Below, piece after piece: positions 19,983 through 27,949 of a stretch of 27,949 nt of DNA; the stretch's first letter is position 1; every line of letters begins with the position of its first letter. The notes under the pieces are model-generated. The model ran no database searches. It was not told the DNA's origin and saw nothing but the letters and a program-made list of their open reading frames with translations. Source of the DNA: Macrostomum lignano (Eukaryota); the NCBI GenBank assembly GCA_002269645.1, contig NIVC01005045.1, positions 1 to 27,949 of the forward strand, in the 5' to 3' direction. The position numbers were made by a program, and so were the translations under genes.

Positions 19983-20821
19983 ATGTTCCGCGTGGTCCTG
20001 CTCAGCTGTCTGGTGGCTTTCGCCTACGCCCAGTGCGGCTGCTCGCCGTCGGTAAGAAACAAACTCAGTCAGAAAAGTTCTATAATACTTAAAGTAACAA
20101 TTGACGAATGATATAAGACAAAATGCTGAGATGTCACTTTATTTCAACTTCCCGTTAGATGATCAGCGACGAGAACGGTCTGCCCAAGGCTGACCCCGAG
20201 ACCGGTCTGTACGAAGGCGACATGCGGCTCACCAGCAACAACTTCCTCGAACTGCTGGGCCTGAGGAACACCGTCAGAAACCTGTGGACCACTAAGATCG
20301 TGCCCTACACCGTCGTCTCTGGCAATCCGAGCGCCGTCGACAGCGCTCTGGCCTCTCTGCAGTCTCGTCTGAGCAACTGCATCCGCTTCAAGAGGCGCAG
20401 TGGCGAGAGTGACTACATCGAGGTGTTCAGCGGCTCCGGCTGCTGGTCTTACGTCGGCAGGACTGGTGGCAAGCAGCAGATGTCCCTGCAGTCGAACGGT
20501 TGCTACTCTGTCGGAACCATCCAGCACGAGTTCATCCACGCCCTGGGTTTGTTCCACGAGCAGAGCAGGTCCGACCGCGATAGCTTCGTTACCGTCCACT
20601 GGGGTAACATCAACAACAAGCAGTGCCACAACTTCTACAAGCAGGGCTCCCTGCCGTCCGGATTCCCGGCTTACGATTACGTGTCTGTCATGCACTACGG
20701 CACTACGGCCTTCACGTGCAACGGCAGCAAGACCCTCACCACCCGCAGCGGTGGCAACGTTGGTGGCAGCTCCCTTACCAACCTTGATGTTGCTAAGATC
20801 CGCGCTCTCTACAGGTGCTAA
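19983..20821 (+). CDS. Secreted astacin-family (M12A) zinc metalloprotease, paralogue 1; exons 19983-20051 and 20159-20821; 243 aa
   Basis: Signal peptide MFRVVLLSCLVAFAYA. Phase-0 intron GTAAGA...TTAG (107 nt). Propeptide LYEGDM (Asp switch), zinc motif HEFIHALGLFHEQSRSDRD, Met-turn SVMHY, and AATAAA at 20864-20869. Confidence 0.96.
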
Positions 20822-21007
20822 GTTCGCTAACTTTAAAATGTGACATTTTAATTTAGAAAAGAAAATAAATCGGAACATCTTTAGGCCAAAAAAACTCTTG
20901 TAATTTTTTGCGTTTGCCTTTTTGTCTTGAACTGCCACCAGGACAGTCGAATACTACTTGTACAGTAGTATAGTGCTTATGAATCTAGTTTGTAAGAATC
21001 TGCAGTA

Positions 21008-21319
21008 GGGTTGTAGCCTAGTGATTAAAGCGTCAGACTCACGACTTTCGGGGTACGGTTCCCCGATCCCACTGGAAGAACTTGTGTCCTTGAGCAAGAC
21101 ACTTAACTCTGCATTGCTTCAGTTCACCCAGCTGTAAATGGGTGCCAGCATTAGCTGGGTTAATTGAGAGTGTGTGTGGCGACCCCCCAGTCCTTGGACT
21201 GAACAGTCGTACGCAGCCTTCGATGCGCCACGCAATAGCTGCGGCTGAGCTGTCGGTTGCACATCGGGCCCAATTGGAGCAGATGTAATTAATTATTATT
21301 ATTATTATTATTATTATTA
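21008..21319 (+). mobile_element. tRNA-derived SINE with conserved central core and (ATT)9 tail
   Basis: A-box-like TAGCCTAGTGA (21014), disrupted B-box GGTTC-CCC-GATCCC (21057), core TGTGTCCTTGAGCAAGACACTTAAC (21083) ... CACCCAGCTGTAAATGGGTGCC (21125), and (ATT)n at 21292-21318. Confidence 0.85.
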
Positions 21320-22784
21320 AGCAAACAAACAAGAATAAACTCCTAGAACAAGTTTTATGCAACAAGTTTCGGGAATAAATGCATTATTTGTGTGCGTATT
21401 AACACATCGACTATTGTATGGCCATGTTCGTAGCTGCAGAGGTTGGTTCTAAAGCAAAGTACTCGTAATTTAGTTACTTTACAGCTAAAATACGTAAGTT
21501 TTGCGTTGGAACTGTAACTCTGTAAGTACACCTTGTCTGAAATCAAGTCTTAGACATTTCTTCTTCTTTACTAAGTTACCCGTTTCTTTTCTAATTAATC
21601 ATTTAGATGGTAAAATTCAGTACATCGTTCATTACTTCATGGATGGCTAGTCGCCTTTGCAGTCTAAAAACAAAAGATTCCTGAAGTTGTTTTCCAACTA
21701 GGCTTGAGTCATGAGGTTGCATGTATAATATACATGTATAATATGTATAATGTACTATATCTTTTGCAGTAAGGTTCTTAAAATGTGACTTCTATGACAT
21801 AATTTTTGGTATGTAGTGCGATTACAATTTGATGTTGAAGTACAAATAACTTACGGAACTGTAGTGAAAAAGGTGCGAGAATTTTTTAGCCTCTGTCAAG
21901 AGTTGTTCCTAACCATCTTGGCCAGGCCATGTGGTCAGTACAGTGTAAAAGACAGGTTGTCGCTTTTGTGGTAACTTGTCGATATAAAAGCCGCGACAGA
22001 ATTTTAATTAGAAATCGGATATTAGTTTCTTATCTTGACGAAATTGGTGAGCGCTCTTCACCAGCGCCCATGCTCGTTGGCGTTTCTAGGAAATGAAAGT
22101 ATTTGTGTCTTTTAGTCTTCCGACAGGTTCTGCCACAATTTCTATATTACCGAGATGTATCACTCCAGCATTTGCTAATGTAATTAGTAGCCGTCTCCAA
22201 GGCTCCAAAAACCCTGGGGGGGGGGGGTTGGGCCACAGACACTATAGCTACTGCTGCTGCTACAAGTAATGCTTGACAGCAGAGGAAGCTACAGTCCATG
22301 GTCTTAATCAGGTCTTCGGTATTTTTTTTTAAGTTCGATAATCTGATATATAAAATACGCAGTCCATGCTACTTATAGTAAACAGAGAAAAATAGTTTCA
22401 TTGTAAAAAAGAGTCGAAGCTGTTCTATAGCTTATGCTTGATCAAACAAACGCACACATACATATACTTTTAAAGATTTGCGAAAAAGCTAGAAGAAGCT
22501 AGAAAAAGCGAAGGTCGGAATTGTCAACACTTCATTAAAATTAAAATTTTAGTCAGTTTATTAGGCCTATGAAAACAAGTTAGAAACTCCACGTTTGGCC
22601 TAGCAAGCTTCAGCCAAGCAGGAAAGTTTTTTGTTTTGCGCAGCGTTTGCGTTTTACAAGCTGTTGAATCCTACTGGTGCTTGATTGGTGGCACAAGCTC
22701 CCGCCCGCGAAGCCTCCGGCCCTCGGGTCCTTTGAAACTTCACAATAGCAGTCCGGCTGGCTCAAGGCTTGTGTCTCTTTTCAG

Positions 22785-23525
22785 CTCTCTCCTCTCTAAT
22801 AACTTCTTTTTTTTCTCTTCTCTCCCTCCTCTCCTCGGGGGGGGGGTTTCACAAACTCGAAATTTCACAAGGTCGAAACTTCACAAGGTCGAAATTTCAC
22901 AACATCGAAAACTTTAGCAAGAGACTTCATAAAGTCGAAACTTCACAAGGTCGAAATTTCAGAACATCGAAAACTCAAATAGCAGCCACTTTCACAAGGT
23001 CGAAACTTCACAAGGTCGAAATTTCAGAACATCGAAAACTCAAATAGCAGCCACTTTCACAAGGTCGAAACTTCACAAGGTCGAAATTTCACAACATCGA
23101 AAACTTTAGCAAGGGACTTCATAAGGTCGAAATTTCACAAGGTCGAAATTTCACAACGTAGAAAACTATTGTATAGCTATTGTTATATTAAATTTTCGAC
23201 GTTGTGATATTTCGAGCTTATGAAGTTTTGACCTTGTGAAAGTGGATGCTATTTGAGTTTTCGATGTTGTGAAATTTCGATCTTGTGAAATTTCGACCTT
23301 GTGAAAGCACCCCCTCTCCTCTCCTCTCTTCTCCTATCCTCTCCCTACTCTTCCTTATCTCCTCTTCCTCCTCTCCATTCTCTCCTCTCCTTTCCCTTCT
23401 CTCCTCTGCTCTCTCCTGTTTCGTCTCTTCCCTCTTCTCCTTTATTCCCTCGCCTATGCTTCCTTCTACATCTCTTCTATCTTCTCTATTCCCTCTGAGC
23501 ATCTCCCCTCTCCCCTCCGCTCGCC
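22785..23525 (+). repeat. CT-rich low-complexity tract interrupted by the foldback element
   Basis: Polypyrimidine sequence at 22785-22836 and 23313-23525. Confidence 0.85.
22837..23312. mobile_element. Foldback-type element with asymmetric modular TIRs made of 16-bp subrepeats; candidate 9-bp TSD (MULE-like)
   Basis: The left arm (22837-~23165) is built of TTCACAAGGTCGAAA(C/T) units. The right arm (~23195-23312) has the reverse complement TTTCGACCTTGTGAAA and GTGGATGCTATTTGAGTTTTCGATG, which mirrors CATCGAAAACTCAAATAGCAGCCAC. CCTCTCCTC sits at 22828-22836 and at 23313-23321. Confidence 0.8.
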
Positions 23526-24719
23526 TGCAGTGATGCTCCGAATTCTTTGTCTGGCCCTTGAGGTAAGAAAGTCTGCCGAACCCTGTTATAAACAAACTTA
23601 CCAATCTTGCCTGATGAATTGTCAATAATATGGCAATACCTCAAAACAATCCATATACTAAAAATGGTTTGTCTGTGTGTGTATATCTATGTGATCGATT
23701 AGAGAAAGAACGACTCAACCGATTTTTTGTTTTTGTTTTTTGTTTGCAGATTGCAAATCGAAGGCATGCATGTATGGATGAAGGAATACTTCCTTCCTTC
23801 GGCCATCCTTCATTCATGAATGCACGTCACTTCTAAATTCTCCAAATTAGCCCAGGAAGGTGTTTCACAAATCGAATCACTTTTAACTTCCATAACTTCC
23901 ATGCCAGCTGAGAGTGAGCTTTCTGGGTGGGGATACGGTTTGGAGTAGGATTGGCCAAAGACAAACCACCGTATGGAAGAAGTTTTAAGTTACTTTGAGC
24001 ATAAATGAGGGGTTCAACCATCGATAGAACTGATAAATACGAGCGATATCAAATATCCATTGGATTAGATGCTGTACGAGTTAGGACAACTCGACGTTAT
24101 GTGTCCCATAGTTGAGACCGACATTATGGGGTTTTACTCTTAGTTGAATCGTTTCTCTCTTTGAGTCGCGCCTAACTTGGATCCCAGCCAGAATTTTGTG
24201 AAACACCTAAATCCTAACCTCGGGCCTAAGTTGGAACCTAGGAGCGTAGATTGCACCTAAATTTAGCTTTTCTGATGGCAGTGTAAAAGAAGACTCACGT
24301 GCGTGCAATGGACAGCAGAGCTGATGCTAAAACGATAAGAATAACCTTAACTGAGAGCATCCTCCGTCGTCTCATGATGCGGATTTCAGTACCAAATTTT
24401 GCCGCAGAATTCCGCAAGAAGCATCGTGAAAAAACCGCATCTGGATGATGAAGCGAGTTAAGATTGATCTTAGACGGATGTAAAAAATAATAGACTACGA
24501 GCTGTATTTAGGTGTAACTACGCTCAAGGTTTTGAAACTCTTACCTTGATATCCTGCTTTGGTTCGATCAGTAAAGGTTGCGTCTTTATTGCAGGATATT
24601 GCAACTGCGAGGATTTCTAGGCTGCGCTGACCCAACAGCAGATCCTGGTTGCTGTCTTGGGCTTCTGGAAGGTCGCGGACTCTGATTGTTTACCATCGAT
24701 GATTTTTCGCCATGCTGGA

Positions 24720-25300
24720 TAACAACAACAAAATACATTGTCAGCCAGTCAGGCGTAGGAAAATGTCACAGCGCGGGTTTCAAGGCCCGGGTGCGTACGT
24801 AGGCTGCACCGCCGGCAGTGTCCGAGACGCCGGCATCAGCCAGCAGGCAGTCAACGAAACGCCGAGTGCTTACCGACGGCGAGCTGCAGGTAGGGGCCTG
24901 CAGCGTCAGGAGCAGCACCTCCTGCACCGACTGTGGGCAGTACGACTCGGCTCGGATAATATGGCCTGCCAGCTGGAGTCGCCGAGGGCGCAGGGACGGA
25001 ACAGGCCGGTGCGGTGACTCGCTCGTAGCCCATCTTGAAGGCGGCGCGCAGCAGGCCAGCGTGTGCCACATCGACCTGCTGTTCGAGCGATTCTGTCAGC
25101 GTCCAGGTCTCGTCGTTGTGCAACCGGACGGTCTCGATCACCGCCTGGAACAACGCCGCCCTATTAGCGGTTAGACAGGGCCTCGGACTGCAGGACTGAC
25201 CTCACGGAACGGAAGGCAGCTCAGGCAAGTCCACGGCGACGTCACAGATCCTCGCGAACGTCAGGCACCAGACCACCGAGGTAGACAAACAGCTGACAGA
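24720..25300 (-). mobile_element. 5'-truncated, disabled RTE-like LINE (post-RT 3' part of ORF2)
   Basis: Minus strand reads FVYLGGLVPDVREDL*RRRGLA*AAFRSV (from 25289), then LFQAVIETVRLHNDETWTLTESLEQQVD...LLRAAF, then after a frameshift RPRRLQLAGHIIR...RRFVDCL. These match the FKYLGS, RIxxAWxAF, ETWTL and RRLxxAGH motifs of RTE-type elements. A possible (TTG)n tail lies at 24721-24729. Confidence 0.85.
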
Positions 25301-26013
25301 GACTGCGTCACGAAGAAACGTCTTTTAAGACCTCCGCCCTGCCTTTCAAGTTCTGATTGACGCCTAAAAAATGACGGGTCGAACGGGGCACTTGTAAAAC
25401 CGCAATCTTATCAAAGCGAAACTTCAAATGCGAGCAAAACTTTTAGGATATAAAATAGTAACTTCTGCGTTTATAAGCACAATAAACGTAAAAGCCCGTC
25501 GTAAGGCAAAAAATAGGACATATTAGATAGATGATAGATCCACAATAAACGCAAAAACTTTACCTGAAGTTGCAAGAAAAATCATATTTCTCGTAACAGT
25601 TCATAACGATAACTTGCATAAAAAAGTCGCAAAAATTCTACAAAGACAGATACGAGCTGAATAAGACAGAAACATGACCGATAAAACTCAATCTGTGCTA
25701 AAAGAATTCGTCACTCATTCCGACCTCAGCATTACCCGAAATACTGAAAAAGTCACGAACCGATTCCACGTTCGAACGCGAATAAAAAAATCGAAAATAA
25801 GCTAAAACCAGGTAATTGGGTGTCGGAATTCGGCAGAGATCTCTGATACTAAGTTGAAAATGCTGCTTCGCTATCTGCAAAACCGCTTTGGTCAGCCAGA
25901 CCATGTCGCAAGTTCCCACGACGATAATAAATTTCAAAATCTATATGAAGGCTCCGACTCAAGCTGCTTGAAGTTGGTAACTCGAAGTCCAAAAAGAAAC
26001 AGCAAGCCAAAAA

Positions 26014-26838
26014 ATGTTTCGCGTCGTCTTGTTCAGCTGTCTGGTGGCGTTCGCCTACGCCCAATGTGGCTGCTCGCCTTCGGTAAGAGAAATTTTATTT
26101 TGCAAATTTTAATAACAACTTTAAGAAACCATAGAAACTTATTTGTATTCAGCGACTCTGAAATTTCTCCTTTAGATGATCAGCGACGAGAACGGTCTGC
26201 CCAAGGCTGACCCCGAGACCGGTCTCTACGAAGGCGACATGCGGCTCACCAGCAACAACTTCCTCGAACTGCTGGGCCTGAGGAACACCGTCAGAAACCT
26301 GTGGACCACTAAGATCGTGCCCTACACCGTCGTCTCTGGCAATCCGAGCGCCGTCGACAGCGCTCTGGCCTCTCTGCAGTCTCGTCTTAGCAACTGCATC
26401 CGCTTCAAGAGGCGTGGCAGCGAAAGGGACTACATCGAGGTGTTCAGCGGCTCCGGCTGCTGGTCTTACGTCGGCAGGACTGGTGGCAAGCAGCAGATGT
26501 CCCTGCAGTCAAATGGTTGCTACTCCGTCGGAACCATCCAGCACGAGTTCATCCACGCCATTGGTTTGTTCCACGAGCAGAGCAGGTCCGACCGTGACAG
26601 ATACGTTACCGTCCACTGGGGTAACATCAACAACAAGCAGTGCCACAACTTCTATAAGCAGGGCTCCCTGCCGTCCGGATTCCCGGCTTACGATTACAAG
26701 TCAGTTATGCACTACAGCAGTGGCGCTTTCTCCTGCAATGGCCGCAGCACTCTCACCACCCGCAGCGGTGGCAGCGTTGGTGGCAGCTCCCTTACCAGCC
26801 TGGACGTCGCCAAGATCCGCGCCCTCTACAGGTGCTAG
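26014..26838 (+). CDS. Secreted astacin-family (M12A) zinc metalloprotease, paralogue 2; exons 26014-26082 and 26176-26838; 243 aa
   Basis: Same structure as paralogue 1: signal peptide MFRVVLFSCLVAFAYA, phase-0 intron (93 nt), HEFIHAIGLFHEQSRSDRD, SVMHY, and AATAAA at 26904-26909. There are 16 aa differences from paralogue 1. Confidence 0.96.
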
Positions 26839-27949
26839 ATATGCTGTTTGAAACCTGTGTTGTTGCTCTCTAAACCCGCTCTGGTGACTGATAGAAAATG
26901 TGAAATAAAATACTTTTAGAGTTCCTAACAATTATTCTCTAAGGCGTTTGTTTCTTTATTTCATTTTTGGATACATGCATTGGGTATTGGGCCAACATTC
27001 TGAGCCAACATTCTGAGATATACATGCAGTGTAATGTTGTTGCGTCATTCGACGTCCCTCTCTCCTTTTCTCTCTCTCCTCCTCGCTCTAGTGAGAATGT
27101 GGGTCAAACTGGGGTTTAGGGACATAAGCCTCACCTTGGCCTGGCCTACGCTCTGCACACTCCCTCCCAATTCGCGCTTGCGCCCTACCCCAGTTTTCTT
27201 CTCTGCCTGAGCCCTTCCCCTTCGGCGGCTTGTGATTGGCTGGCTGGTGGAGTGGTGGTGTAGCTGCCCCTCTTCCCCTCAAACCTCCTAAAATTCATGT
27301 TTTTCCATCACGCTCCATTTATCTTGCCCTAGTGTGACTTACAACTTAGTAAACCCAATTAGTAAACGTTAAGTGGCTTGTAGACCGCAGGCAGTTGCGC
27401 ACTTCTGTGGCGACAAATTTCTGTCTGGAGTCTTCTCTCCTCGGTGCGCGACGCGTGGAACAGCTGGGAACCTAACAGCAGGACTGTTGCCATTTGAGTT
27501 TTTTCGCCGCGCTCGGGCTCTAACAGGGCACATTTGCGTGCTCTCACAGCATGAGACTTGGGGCGACCTGGGCTGTTCACGGACTACTAATAGTGCAGTA
27601 CAATTTTAGTGTAGGAAATCGCGCACACCCTATCCATTCCACATCTATACAGCAAAATGCAAAAAGCCTGAAAAAGAATCGAATGGGACAAATCCAGTAT
27701 TGTCGTCCGCACAATAGAGGATGCTTTTTTCATTTTTTCTCTCTCGCCGCATATCTCCGTTTCGCGCGAATCAATGATCGCAGAGGAAACGGTAAGAATT
27801 CCCATAAGAAGCTAAATGCTTGTCGCTGGCAAAGGCATGACTTTATTTCTCCGTCCGCTTTGGGTGCGGCTATGCGGGCTCAAGTTGCTTGCTTCCTTGT
27901 AGATGAGGATTTAGGGATCAGTCGCTAAACCCGACAAAGGAGGTTCGGG

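Noticed and set aside
20144-20938. 264-aa minus-strand ORF and similar antisense or alternate-frame ORFs over the GC-rich exons (13413-13964, 15269-15809, 26414-26931)
   Set aside because: Shadow ORFs caused by GC3-biased coding sequence on the other strand or frame.
21008-21075. tRNA gene
   Set aside because: Only A/B-box-like remnants, no closed cloverleaf, and it continues into a SINE core and tail.
23833-24021. Peptide LLPYGGLSLANP...QLAWKLWKL resembling the GGLGL post-RT motif of L1/Tx1 LINEs
   Set aside because: Too short and degenerate, with wrong spacing and no flanking RT motifs.
27088-27949. Short ORFs and GC-rich patches at the 3' end of the window
   Set aside because: No recognisable motifs, codon bias or splice-consistent structure.

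Overview
This is eukaryotic (animal) genomic DNA, not prokaryotic. It has GT-AG introns, GC3-rich exons, AT-rich spacers and a heavy load of dispersed 14-47 bp minisatellites. That style is reminiscent of the flatworm Macrostomum, but the taxon is an inference. Genes supported by hand-splicing: (1) ALG9 alpha-1,2-mannosyltransferase, + strand, 3 exons, 526 aa, with each intron almost filled by a different minisatellite; (2) an uncharacterised minus-strand gene of at least 415 aa (coiled coil, disordered/acidic linker, C-terminal two-helix membrane hairpin); (3, 4) two tandem paralogous secreted minimal astacin metalloproteases of 243 aa each, ~93% identical, showing mosaic divergence. Mobile DNA: a pair of MITE-like elements, one with an internally expanded 21-bp array; an intron-containing Crypton-like tyrosine recombinase remnant nested antisense in the intron of gene 2; a non-LTR APE endonuclease remnant; a tRNA-derived SINE; a foldback element with modular TIRs; and an RTE-like LINE 3' remnant. 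Most long ORFs in the supplied track are artefacts of stop-free tandem repeats. No CRISPR array, rRNA or true tRNA gene was found. The most interesting signals are the spliced Crypton YR motif, the evidence that transposons seed minisatellites here, a 29-site AP-1 motif array upstream of astacin 1, and apparent patchy gene conversion between the astacins. All family assignments come from recalled motifs; no database search was run.
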